Shown here one piece after another: positions 8,715 through 17,694 of a DNA stretch of 64,000 nucleotides. The position numbers and the translations under genes are program-made. The stretch lies in NCBI GenBank assembly GCA_030747775.1, contig JASLKB010000001.1, forward strand, positions 1,803 through 65,802, read 5' to 3'. The first letter of the stretch is position 1. Every line of letters starts with the position of its first letter. The notes under the pieces were generated by a model that did no database searches, had not been told where the DNA came from, and was given only the letters and a program-made list of their open reading frames with translations. Origin of the DNA: Acidimicrobiales bacterium. Lineage in GTDB: Bacteria; Actinomycetota; Acidimicrobiia; Acidimicrobiales; MedAcidi-G1.

Positions 8715-9950
8715 ATGAACGACACCGACACGACCGAGGCGACCGGCCCCATGCGGGGGGTGAAGGTCGTTGAGCTCGGCGTATGGGTCGCTGGACCGGC
8801 GGCCGGTGGGATCTTGGCCGACTGGGGTGCCGACGTGGTCAAGATTGAACCTCCGTCGGGGGACCCGTGCAGGCTCTTCCAGCAGATGCTGGGCGGGGAC
8901 ATGCCCACCAACCCGATCTTTGAGATGGACAACCGCTCCAAGCGGGGTATCGCTGTGGACCTGGGATCCGAGGGGGGCCTGGCCATCGCCATGGATCTGC
9001 TAGCGGACGCCGACGTATTCATCACCAACCTCCGGGTTGGCGCCCTCCAGCGCCTCGGCCTGGATCACCCGTCCATCGCCGAACGATTCCCTCGTCTCGT
9101 CTACTGCCTGATCTCCGGCTACGGCTCCGAGGGTCCTGACGTCGACCGGGCTGCCTACGACATCGCCGCCTTTTGGGCCCGCTCGGGCATCGCCGGCCTG
9201 CTGACCGCCCCGGGAGGAGACCCCCCGTTCCAGAGAGGCGGGATGGGCGACCACTCCACCGGCCTGTCGGCGACCGCCGCGGTGTCAGCCGCCCTCTTCG
9301 ATCGAGAACGAACTGGTCGGGGCCAACTGGTCGAGACCTCGTTGATGAGACAGGGGGCCTACACCATCAGCTTCGACCTGAATCTGCTCCTCATGTGGGG
9401 CGCGACACTGGAGGTCGGCGAGCGAACTTCGATGGGCAACCCGGCCATGAACAACTACACGGCGGGCTGCGGTCGCCGGTTCTGGATTGTCGGCCTGGAG
9501 GGTGAGCGCCACTGGCCACCGCTGGCCCGAGCGGTCGGCCATCCCGAATGGTTGGACGACCAACGGTTCGCCCGGCCCCGAGAGCGAGCCTCCAACGCCT
9601 CGGACCTGATCGGCATGCTGGACGCGATCTTCTCCACCAGGACGTTGGACGAGTGGGCCGAGGTGTTCTCCGAAGAGCCTGACTTCTTCTGGGCCCCAGT
9701 CAACTCTCCCGAAGAGCTGCTTGCCGACCCGGCGTTCCACGGGTCGGGAGCACTTGTGGACGTACCCGACGAGGTGTCATCCACCACCATGGTGGCCAGC
9801 CCGGTCGACTTTCGGGGTACCCCGTGGGCGGCCCGGTCCACCGCTCCGGCCATTGGCCAGCACACCCGTGAAGTGCTCGCCGAACTGGGCCGTTCCGACG
9901 GCGAGATCGACGCCCTGTTGGCGTCCGGGGCGGTCGTCGAGTCGGGCTAG
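8715..9950 (+). CDS. family III CoA-transferase (CaiB/BaiF)
   Basis: Canonical N-terminal RGVKVVELGVWVAGPAAGGILADWGADVVKIEPPSGDPCR. ATG 8715 was chosen over the ORF-track start at 8640. Confidence 0.88.
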   Translation: MNDTDTTEATGPMRGVKVVELGVWVAGPAAGGILADWGADVVKIEPPSGDPCRLFQQMLGGDMPTNPIFEMDNRSKRGIAVDLGSEGGLAIAMDLLADADVFITNLRVGALQRLGLDHPSIAERFPRLVYCLISGYGSEGPDVDRAAYDIAAFWARSGIAGLLTAPGGDPPFQRGGMGDHSTGLSATAAVSAALFDRERTGRGQLVETSLMRQGAYTISFDLNLLLMWGATLEVGERTSMGNPAMNNYTAGCGRRFWIVGLEGERHWPPLARAVGHPEWLDDQRFARPRERASNASDLIGMLDAIFSTRTLDEWAEVFSEEPDFFWAPVNSPEELLADPAFHGSGALVDVPDEVSSTTMVASPVDFRGTPWAARSTAPAIGQHTREVLAELGRSDGEIDALLASGAVVESG

Positions 9951-10900
9951 TCGCTTGACAGTGCGTCGATGGCCGACCGGAGAGCCACCAGGTCGACGTC
10001 TCGGGCTGCAGCGCACGAGGGAACGAGGGGGGCGAAGATCCAGTAGCCGTGGACCTGTTCCTCGTGGTGGATCACCTCGACCGGTACGCCTGCCGCCCGG
10101 AGCACCTCGGCATAGGCCAGACCCTCGTCCCGCAGCGGATCGAAGCCGGCAACCGTGACGGTGGCTGGAGCGACCCCGGAGTGGTCTGCGGCACGGATCG
10201 GTGCCGCCAGCGGTTCGGCAGTCAGGTCCTGATCCCCGGCGAGGTTCTCAGCGAACCACCGCATGGTGGCCAACTCGAGGAAGTTGCCCTCGGCGTTCTC
10301 CTCCCGCGAAGGCCACCGGCCCGAGCCGTAGTCGAAGTCTGTGGCCGGGTAGACCAGGAACTGGTGGGCGATCGTCGGAGCGCCCCGATCACGGGCCATC
10401 AGCGACAGCACCGCACTCAGGTTTCCGCCCGCACTGTCACCGGCCACCACCAGGCGTTCAGGGTCGACTCCGAGATCGGAGGCATGCTCGTGCACCCAGC
10501 ACAGGGCTGACCAGGAGTCCTGCACGGCCGCCGGAAACGGGTGCTCGGGGGCCAGCCGGTACTCGAGGGCCAACACCACCACACCACAACTGGAGGCGAC
10601 AGCTCGGCACTGTTCGTCGTATCCCTCGAGATCACCGATCGTCCACCCGCCTCCGTGCAAATAGAGGATGACGGGGACCCCGTCACCTAGATCCGCGGCC
10701 CGGTAAATGCGAATCGGCAGGTCACCGTCAGGCCCGGGAAGAGTGCTGTCCAAGACCTCGGCCACCTCCGCTGCCAGATGACGCCCAGCCGTGCAGATGG
10801 CTCGATAGGACTCCCTCATCTCATCCGCATTGATGGCTGCGCCGGGCACCCGGTGACCAGCCAACTCGAGTAGGGGCTGCAGGTCTGCAGCGACAGGCAT
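9947..10900 (-). CDS. alpha/beta hydrolase, hormone-sensitive-lipase-type esterase
   Basis: HGGGW oxyanion motif (VILYLHGGGWTIGD) and GDSAGGNL nucleophile elbow. ATG 10900 has a GAGGA RBS. The extension to 11176 was rejected. Confidence 0.88.
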   Translation of the reverse strand: MPVAADLQPLLELAGHRVPGAAINADEMRESYRAICTAGRHLAAEVAEVLDSTLPGPDGDLPIRIYRAADLGDGVPVILYLHGGGWTIGDLEGYDEQCRAVASSCGVVVLALEYRLAPEHPFPAAVQDSWSALCWVHEHASDLGVDPERLVVAGDSAGGNLSAVLSLMARDRGAPTIAHQFLVYPATDFDYGSGRWPSREENAEGNFLELATMRWFAENLAGDQDLTAEPLAAPIRAADHSGVAPATVTVAGFDPLRDEGLAYAEVLRAAGVPVEVIHHEEQVHGYWIFAPLVPSCAAARDVDLVALRSAIDALSSD

Positions 10901-10916
10901 AGTGGTCCTCGGGAGT

Positions 10917-11840
10917 TCAGGCGCCGGACTCGGCGGCCAGCCTGTCGGACTCGTACTGGTATTGGGGGATGTCGACCCTCTCATTGCGGGTGTCGGAGCG
11001 GGCCCCGGATTTGGACTCGGCAGCCTCGGTTTCCACCCCTGTGGGTGTGGCCCGGCGCTTCCAAGAACCGTTGACGTCCCAAGCCACCCCGGTCGGAGCG
11101 ATGGTGCCGGGCTCGTCCATGGCCTCGGCCGCCCGGAAGGCCCGACGCAACAGGTCTCGTTGGAACTCCGGCTCATGGGGCCGACCCACGGTGTGGCCCA
11201 GCGGCAGGTCGGAAAAGGCGGCTCGTGGCGGATTGACCGATGCTGTGATGCTGTAAGCGGACGTGAGGCAGAGCGTCGGCACCCCGGCGGCCTCCAGCGC
11301 CCTCGCTACCAGACCCACGGTCTGGTGGCAGACCGGTCAGACCGGCACCAGCAGGGCTAGGTCGACGTCCATGGCCGTCACCTCGGCGACGATTGCCGGG
11401 GCGAGTTCCTCGGTGGCTCGACGTACCGAGTAGATGCCACCCATGCAGCCCAGCGCCGTTGACGCCAGGCCACCGAGCACACCCTCGTCGACTAGTTCCC
11501 GCAGGCGGTCAACCGGGAAAACGATGTTGGGGTCCTCACGGGCCGGCTCGAGGTCGTAGGCGAAGTGGGTGACCCGGATGTCCGTGGCCGGGTCGGCCGA
11601 TGGAATCCTTCGCACTCCCGTGTCGTCCTTCCAGTGGAAGGCCGTCTGGCCCTCTCGGTAGGCGCCGCCGGAGCCAACCAAGGCGACGGTGGACTCGTTC
11701 AAAGGACGGGACAATGGTGTCCACGGCGGCGGTTCGGGTAGTGCAACCCACTGGTAGGGCGGGTAGCCAAGGGCGTCGTAACGGTCACGGGTCAGGGCGA
11801 TGTAGTCGACCGGTGCGGATCCGTCCAAGGGTGCTCCCAT
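10917..11840 (-). CDS. GrdB/PrdB-family reductase-like protein, probable selenoprotein (in-frame TGA at 11339..11337 read as Sec)
   Basis: ORFs 11337..11840 and 10917..11318 share one frame (522 nt apart). They are separated by one TGA plus 6 sense codons. Read-through gives LLVPV-U-PVCHQTVGLVARALEAAGVPT, matching the U-x-x-C ... E-x-A-G-(I/V)-P arrangement I recall for GrdB. Confidence 0.65.
11309..11336 (-). promoter_or_regulatory. candidate bacterial SECIS element (mutually exclusive hairpins just 3' of the UGA)
   Basis: The mRNA reads UGA-CCGGUCUGCCACCAGACCGUGGGUCUGG. One hairpin is CGGUCUG/CAGACCG (loop CCAC). The alternative is CCAGACC/GGUCUGG (loop GUG, 19-21 nt after the UGA). Confidence 0.45.
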
Positions 11841-11935
11841 GCCTCCATCGTGGCATCCACGGCAGACCGAGTCGGGACCGGGCGGAAAGCCCGCCAGACA
11901 GACGTCGGGTCAGCCCCGACGAACCCACGAAAGTG

Positions 11936-11970
11936 CGAGTATCGACACTGAGAGTAGATACTCGTAGAAT
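11936..11970 (+). promoter_or_regulatory. putative sigma70-type promoter with embedded 8-bp inverted repeat (MerR operator candidate); leaderless transcript
   Basis: TCGACA (11942-11947), 17-nt spacer, TAGAAT (11965-11970), then ATG at 11977, 7 nt later. Inverted repeat CGAGTATC (11936-43) / GATACTCG (11957-64). Confidence 0.45.
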
Positions 11971-11976
11971 CCGGAT

Positions 11977-12762
11977 ATGGCATTCGCTGATCCCCAGACC
12001 GGGAGCGACGACGCCGGGTTGACCGTCGACCAGGTAGCCGCGGCCGCTGGCCTAGGCATCGACACCGTGCGCTACTACCAGCGCCTGGGACTGATCCCGG
12101 CCCCGATCCGGAAGGGTCGTCGAGCCTCCTACCGCGAAGACCACGTGGCACGACTGGCCGAGATCCGTCGGCTCGCCGACGACGGGTTCACTCTGGCCCA
12201 GATTGGAGCCCTCGGTGGCGAACCCGTGGCCACCGATCCCGCCGCTGACCTCCGCCGCCTGGCCGTCGACGCGCTGGACCGCAGTCTGTCTAGAGCTGAG
12301 GTGGCCGACCGGGCCGGCGTCCCCGAGAGCCTGGTTGCCTTGCTCGTCGACAATGGACTACTTGCTCCCCTCTCTGATGGACCGGAACCCCGATTCGACG
12401 ATGGGGCGGTCTCCATGGTCCGCGCGGGCCTGGCCATCAGCGCAGCGGGTGTCCCCCTGGACGAACTGGTCGCTTTGGCCACCGACCATGGCGCCAATGT
12501 GGACGAAGTAGTGGAGCGAGCCATTGACTTGTTCGAGCGTCATGTCCGGACCGGGAATGCTGAACCGTCCCCTCAGGAACTAGTCGAAGTGGTCCACTCG
12601 CTGCTCCCAGCAGTTACCCGGCTAGTGGCCCAGCACTTTCACCGGACTTTGGTAGCCCGAGCCCGCGATCGAACCAGCGCCGACGGGGAGGAAGCCGGCC
12701 TGACCAAGGCCCTCCTGGCTGCCGACGCCGACCGTCTAGAAGTGGACGTCCGGTGGCGCTGA
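11977..12762 (+). CDS. MerR family transcriptional regulator (long C-terminal extension)
   Basis: N-terminal HTH LTVDQVAAAAGLGIDTVRYYQRLGLIP. 261 aa. Confidence 0.85.
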   Translation: MAFADPQTGSDDAGLTVDQVAAAAGLGIDTVRYYQRLGLIPAPIRKGRRASYREDHVARLAEIRRLADDGFTLAQIGALGGEPVATDPAADLRRLAVDALDRSLSRAEVADRAGVPESLVALLVDNGLLAPLSDGPEPRFDDGAVSMVRAGLAISAAGVPLDELVALATDHGANVDEVVERAIDLFERHVRTGNAEPSPQELVEVVHSLLPAVTRLVAQHFHRTLVARARDRTSADGEEAGLTKALLAADADRLEVDVRWR

Positions 12763-14081
12763 CCTCCGACGCCGGCGACCACTCCCTCCGGGCAACGACT
12801 ATCGAGGTCCACACTGGACCGGCCACCGACCCCCTGGCCTGGCTAGCCGTCGCACCGGATGACGACGAGGCCTGGTTCTGGGAGGTCCCCAACGACGACA
12901 CGTCATGGACCGGGCTCGGCTCGGTCGTCGTCGTCGACGTCGAGGGGGCCGACCGCTTCGCTGAAGCCGCCTCCGGAGCCTCTGAACTAGCGGAGTCCAT
13001 GACCCTCATCGCCCCGAATGGGGCTCCTCACCCGAGACTCGCTGCCGGATTCTCCTTCGACGACCATCTACCCGAAACAGCCCACGCCTGGGGTTCCTTC
13101 GGCGCCGGGCGCCTCGTACTACCGGCGGTCCAGGTGCTCCGCCACGCTGGACGGACCTGGGTAACTCGAATCGACGACAGGGACCGACCCACGCCGTTGC
13201 TCGCCCCGCCGACAGGCCCCGTCGATGTGCCACCGAGCGAGCCGGCCGACCATGCCGACCCCGTCGCCCGCCAGCACTACCGGCACCTGGTCCGCCTCGC
13301 TCTGGAAGCCATCGACCGGGGCGATCTGGACAAGGCCGTGCCCTGTCGCTCGCTCCATGTCGACCACCGACCAAACCCGATACCACTTCTAGCCGCCCTC
13401 CGAGCCACCTACCCGGCGTGCGCCACCCTCGCCGTCCGCCCCGCCGGAGGAAACGCCTGCTTCGTGGGAGCCACACCCGAACGCTTGGCTGCCGTGCATG
13501 CCGGCCACCTCCGGACGGCCGCTCTGGCCGGTTCCGCCCCGCGGGACCCCGACCCGGCTATCGACGCAGCCCTCGGACAGGGTCTCCTCACCAGCCCCAA
13601 GGAGCGGGCCGAGCACGCCGTGGTGGTCGACGCCGTGGACCGAGCGCTGGCTGAGCTTGGCGTGGCCGACCGCCACCCCAGCGACCCCGTGCTGCTTCGA
13701 CTCCACGGCATCCAGCACCTTCACACCCCCATCGACGCCGAGTTGCCCGACGGTGTCGGCCTGCTGGACCTCGTCGGCGCTCTCCACCCGACGCCGGCGG
13801 TGGCTGGCCACCCCGGCGGACAGGCCGCCCACCTCCGAGCCGAACACGAGGGCATGCAGCGGGGCTGGTTCGCCAGCCCGGTCGGCTGGATGGACGCCAC
13901 CGGCGACGGGGAGTTCCGAGTCGCCCTCCGGACTGGACTCGTCCACACCGGCGGCACCACGCTGTACGCCGGAGCCGGCGTGGTCGCCGGCTCCGATCCC
14001 GATCGAGAGTTGGCCGAAACCGACGTCAAACTGCGAACCCTTCTCGGCCTGGTCCTGGCCACCAGCGAGGCAAAGCCGTGA
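12753..14081 (+). CDS. menF: isochorismate synthase
   Basis: Chorismate-binding motifs GATPERL, SPKERAEHAVVVD, HPTPAVAG and RGWFASPVGW. Lies directly upstream of menD. GTG start overlaps the MerR stop by 10 nt. Confidence 0.85.
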   Translation: MALTSDAGDHSLRATTIEVHTGPATDPLAWLAVAPDDDEAWFWEVPNDDTSWTGLGSVVVVDVEGADRFAEAASGASELAESMTLIAPNGAPHPRLAAGFSFDDHLPETAHAWGSFGAGRLVLPAVQVLRHAGRTWVTRIDDRDRPTPLLAPPTGPVDVPPSEPADHADPVARQHYRHLVRLALEAIDRGDLDKAVPCRSLHVDHRPNPIPLLAALRATYPACATLAVRPAGGNACFVGATPERLAAVHAGHLRTAALAGSAPRDPDPAIDAALGQGLLTSPKERAEHAVVVDAVDRALAELGVADRHPSDPVLLRLHGIQHLHTPIDAELPDGVGLLDLVGALHPTPAVAGHPGGQAAHLRAEHEGMQRGWFASPVGWMDATGDGEFRVALRTGLVHTGGTTLYAGAGVVAGSDPDRELAETDVKLRTLLGLVLATSEAKP

Positions 14082-15838
14082 ACACCTTCCCGTCGACTGA
14101 TCCGATGGCCACCCAGGCGTGGTGCCGCGCCCTGTTCGCCCAACTTGTGGAGTGCGGGGTGGCCCACGTGGCCGCCTCCCCAGGCTCGCGGTCCACGCCG
14201 ATGACGGTGGCTGCCGACCGCACTCCCGGCCTCGAAGTATCGATGCACCTCGACGAGCGAGCCGGCGGGTTCTTCGCCCTCGGACTGGCCCGCGCTACCG
14301 GCCGGCCGGTAGCCCTGCTATGCACCTCGGGCACAGCCGCCGCCAACTACCTCCCGGCGATGGTCGAGGCCTTCCACTCAGGAGTACCTCTGGTCGCTCT
14401 CACCGCCGACCGGCCACCTGAACTTCAGGGAGTGGGTGCCCCCCAAGCAATTGACCAGGACGGGATCTACGGCAGCCACGTCCGATGGGCCATCACCACC
14501 GCTGTAGCTGGCACCGAGTCTTCCGGCGAGGCCGCATCGGTAGCCCACCAGGCCGTGGTGCGTGCCACCAGACCGTCTCCCGGACCGGTCCACCTCAACG
14601 TGCCGCTACGTGAACCCTTAGAGCCCCCTGCCAATGATCCACCCCCAACCGGACTGCTACCCCTCCCGCCGGACCGGGTACCGATTGAGGCGGGCTGCCT
14701 GAACGAGCTAGTGACAGGCCCCGCCCGGCCCGAGCGGGGCCTGATCGTGGCCGGCCCCATGGACCCCACATCCGCCGGGATCACCGCCCTCGCTGAGCTG
14801 GCCCGCCGGACCGGCTGGCCGATTCTGGCTGACCCGGTCTCCGGTCTTCGTCGCGGACCCCACGTCAGCCATGCCCCTGTGCTGGCTACCGGCGACCACC
14901 TGCTGCGGTCCGAATGGGCTGATGACCTCCGGCCTGATGTTGTCGTACAGCTGGGTGCCATGCCGACTAGCAAGGGCTACCGACTGTGGCTGGACCGGGT
15001 GGGCGTCGGACGTCTCATAGCCGTCGACCACCTCGGACGATTCCCCGACACCGCCCGCCTGGTGACCGACCGGGTAGCCGCCGAGCCAGGGCGAGTCGCC
15101 ACCCACCTCGTTGACCGACTGGCCGACCTGGCAACGGGTGATGACGGTACGAGCGACTGGACCCGGACCTGGATGACCGCTGAGGTGGCCGCCACGAGCG
15201 CGGTTGCCGATTTAGTGGCAGCCGCCCCGTTCGACGAACCGGGTGTGGTGGCCGCGCTGGACGCCGCCCTCCCGGACACAGCAACGCTGGTGGTCGGCAA
15301 CTCCATGCCGCTACGGGACGTGGATGCGTTCCTGCCCGTCGACCACCGGAACTGGTCGGTGCTCGGCAACCGGGGCGCCAACGGTATCGACGGCCAGGTG
15401 TCCACAGCGATCGGCATGGCCGCCGGTTCGGACGCGCCCACCGTGCTGCTAACCGGTGACCTGACCCTGCTACACGACCTCGGCGGCCTCACCGCGGCCC
15501 GCCGACTCGGCGTGGACCTGACGGTGGTGGTGGTCGACAACGACGGCGGTGGCATCTTCTCATTCCTACCTATCTCTGAAGAGAGCCACATCGACCATCA
15601 ACGCTTGTTCCACACACCCCACGGCCTGGACCTGAGCCATGTCGCTGTCTTGGCCGATGCCACCCTCTACAAGCCAACCGACCGTCCCTCACTGGAGGCC
15701 GCTCTAGGGGTCACGGTCAAAACGTCAGGACTGCACCTCATCCATGTACGGACCGACGCCTCCACCAACGTCAGGCTCCACCGCGAGGCGGCACAAGCCG
15801 TCGATCACGCGCTATGTGTAAAGGAAATATGCCAGTGA
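14078..15838 (+). CDS. menD: 2-succinyl-5-enolpyruvyl-6-hydroxy-3-cyclohexene-1-carboxylate (SEPHCHC) synthase
   Basis: ThDP-enzyme motifs TSGTAAANYLPAMVEAFHSGVPLVALTADRPPEL and GDLTLLHDLGG ... VVVDNDGGGIF. 4-nt overlap with menF. Confidence 0.92.
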   Translation: MNTFPSTDPMATQAWCRALFAQLVECGVAHVAASPGSRSTPMTVAADRTPGLEVSMHLDERAGGFFALGLARATGRPVALLCTSGTAAANYLPAMVEAFHSGVPLVALTADRPPELQGVGAPQAIDQDGIYGSHVRWAITTAVAGTESSGEAASVAHQAVVRATRPSPGPVHLNVPLREPLEPPANDPPPTGLLPLPPDRVPIEAGCLNELVTGPARPERGLIVAGPMDPTSAGITALAELARRTGWPILADPVSGLRRGPHVSHAPVLATGDHLLRSEWADDLRPDVVVQLGAMPTSKGYRLWLDRVGVGRLIAVDHLGRFPDTARLVTDRVAAEPGRVATHLVDRLADLATGDDGTSDWTRTWMTAEVAATSAVADLVAAAPFDEPGVVAALDAALPDTATLVVGNSMPLRDVDAFLPVDHRNWSVLGNRGANGIDGQVSTAIGMAAGSDAPTVLLTGDLTLLHDLGGLTAARRLGVDLTVVVVDNDGGGIFSFLPISEESHIDHQRLFHTPHGLDLSHVAVLADATLYKPTDRPSLEAALGVTVKTSGLHLIHVRTDASTNVRLHREAAQAVDHALCVKEICQ

Positions 15839-16665
15839 GCACTGATACCGCCGGACTCCATGTCGAGCTCGACGGTCCAGTTCACGAAGTGGATGCCCGT
15901 CACCCAGTGCTGACGCTCCACGGCTTCACAGGCTCCACGGCCACCATGTGGGCCCTAGTGCGCCCGTTGACCGAGACCCGGCGGGTGGCCGTCGTCGACC
16001 TGCCCGGCCACGGGCTCAGCACCATCACCAACGATGCCCACGCCTTCGGATTCGAACACACGGTCGATGCGGTGGCCGCTGCCATCGACAGCCACAGCCT
16101 TGGACCCGCCCACGTGGTTGGCTACTCGATGGGTGGCCGGGTGGCCCTCGGCTTAGCCGTCCGCCATCCGGGACACGTGGCCTCTCTCTCGTTGATCGGG
16201 GCGTCGCCGGGCCTGTCCGACCCGGTGGAACGGGCGGCCCGCCGACGATCGGACGACGAACTGGCCGACGACCTACTCGAAGACGGCCTGACCGCCTTCG
16301 TGGACCGGTGGATGGCCAGCCCTCTGTTCGCCAGTCAGGTTCGCCTGGGTGCCGACGCCCTGGCCGATGCTCGTACCCAACGCCTAGCCAACGACCCGGA
16401 GGGGCTAGCTGGCAGCCTCCGGGGTGCCGGGACCGGTGCCCAACCGTCGTACTGGCATGACCTGGCCGGAATCGCCGCGCCGGTGCTGCTGGTGGTGGGC
16501 GACGAGGATCCGAAGTTCCGGGCCATCGCCATGCGTATGGCCGCCGGACTGGCCCGGTCGGCCATCGAGGTGGTGCCCGGCGCCGGCCACGCCGCCCATC
16601 TTGAGAATCCCGACTACGTGCGGGCTGCCATCAGCGAACTGGTCGACGAGGTCGACGGCCGATGA
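15829..16665 (+). CDS. menH: SHCHC synthase-type alpha/beta hydrolase
   Basis: LHGFTGS and GYSMGGRVAL nucleophile elbow, positioned between menD and menC. Start is ATG 15829 or GTG 15835; both overlap the menD stop. Confidence 0.78.
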   Translation: MPVSTDTAGLHVELDGPVHEVDARHPVLTLHGFTGSTATMWALVRPLTETRRVAVVDLPGHGLSTITNDAHAFGFEHTVDAVAAAIDSHSLGPAHVVGYSMGGRVALGLAVRHPGHVASLSLIGASPGLSDPVERAARRRSDDELADDLLEDGLTAFVDRWMASPLFASQVRLGADALADARTQRLANDPEGLAGSLRGAGTGAQPSYWHDLAGIAAPVLLVVGDEDPKFRAIAMRMAAGLARSAIEVVPGAGHAAHLENPDYVRAAISELVDEVDGR

Positions 16666-17690
16666 CACGCAGTACCCGTGGCCGAACCGAACTGGGCGAC
16701 GTCGATCTACCGGATGTCCGCGAAATCAAGATCGAACGGACGAAGTTGGCCTATCGGTCACCGATCAGTACTGCGCGCGGGCCAATCGACCGCCGTGAGG
16801 TCGTGGTGCTCACTCTCACTGATGGCAAGGGACGCGTCGGCCTCGGTGAAGCCGCACCGTTGGTCAACTTCACCCCGGAGTCGGTCGACGAGGCCGAACT
16901 CGCCATTCATCGATGGGCCGATGACGGATCAACGCCGGCGGGCTCGCCCACTGCCCGGGCTGCCATCGATGGCGCCCTGGTGGACCTGGCGGCGCGGGCG
17001 GCTAGTCGACCCGTCCACGACCTACTAGCCCCCGGGAGCTCCGGAATCGTGCCCGTCTCGGCCTTAGTTGGCGGCAATACACCCGACGATCTGGCTACCG
17101 CCGCTGCCGAGGCGGTAGCCGGTGGACATCGGACGATCAAGGTGAAGGTGGCTGCCGGTCCGTTCTCTGCCGATTTGGCCCGCCTCACCGCCGTTCGGGA
17201 GGCCATCGGGGATGCACGACTCCGTATCGATGCCAACGGGGGGTGGGTGCCCGATGAGGTATCCGAACATCTGATTCGGCTGGCCGACCTCGACCTCGAA
17301 CTGGTGGAGGAACCGGTGGCCGGGCTCGAAGCCCTTGCTGCAGTCCGGGCAACCTCACCGATCCCGGTTGCCGTCGATGAATCCGCTCGGACCATCGACG
17401 ACGTCCGCCGGGTCATCGCACTGGGTAGCGCCGATCTTGTGGTCCTGAAGCCCTCCGCTCTGGGAGGTCCACTGATGACCGCTGAAGTGGCCCGAGTGGC
17501 CACCGAGGCCGGCCTGGGCCTTGTCGTGACGTCCCTGCTCGACGGCTCCGTTGGCATCCGCGCCGCGGCACACCTGACGGCCGCCCTCGGAGCGTTGGAC
17601 CCGGCTCCCGGCCTGGCCACCGCAGTACTCCTGACCGCAGACAGCGGTCCGTCACTACTTCCGACCGAGGGCGCTCTGGTCCTCGACTGA
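16662..17690 (+). CDS. menC: o-succinylbenzoate synthase (enolase superfamily)
   Basis: Enolase-superfamily segments RIDANGGW and LELVEEP, in men operon context. 4-nt overlap with menH. Confidence 0.85.
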   Translation: MTRSTRGRTELGDVDLPDVREIKIERTKLAYRSPISTARGPIDRREVVVLTLTDGKGRVGLGEAAPLVNFTPESVDEAELAIHRWADDGSTPAGSPTARAAIDGALVDLAARAASRPVHDLLAPGSSGIVPVSALVGGNTPDDLATAAAEAVAGGHRTIKVKVAAGPFSADLARLTAVREAIGDARLRIDANGGWVPDEVSEHLIRLADLDLELVEEPVAGLEALAAVRATSPIPVAVDESARTIDDVRRVIALGSADLVVLKPSALGGPLMTAEVARVATEAGLGLVVTSLLDGSVGIRAAAHLTAALGALDPAPGLATAVLLTADSGPSLLPTEGALVLD

Positions 17691-17694
17691 TTGG

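Noticed and set aside
10917-11840. Treating the two GrdB-like ORFs as a nonsense-mutated pseudogene or as two separate genes
   Set aside because: The single TGA falls exactly at the family U-x-x-C position and is followed by strong hairpins. The downstream piece has no independent translation signals. This was kept as the alternative hypothesis in the finding.
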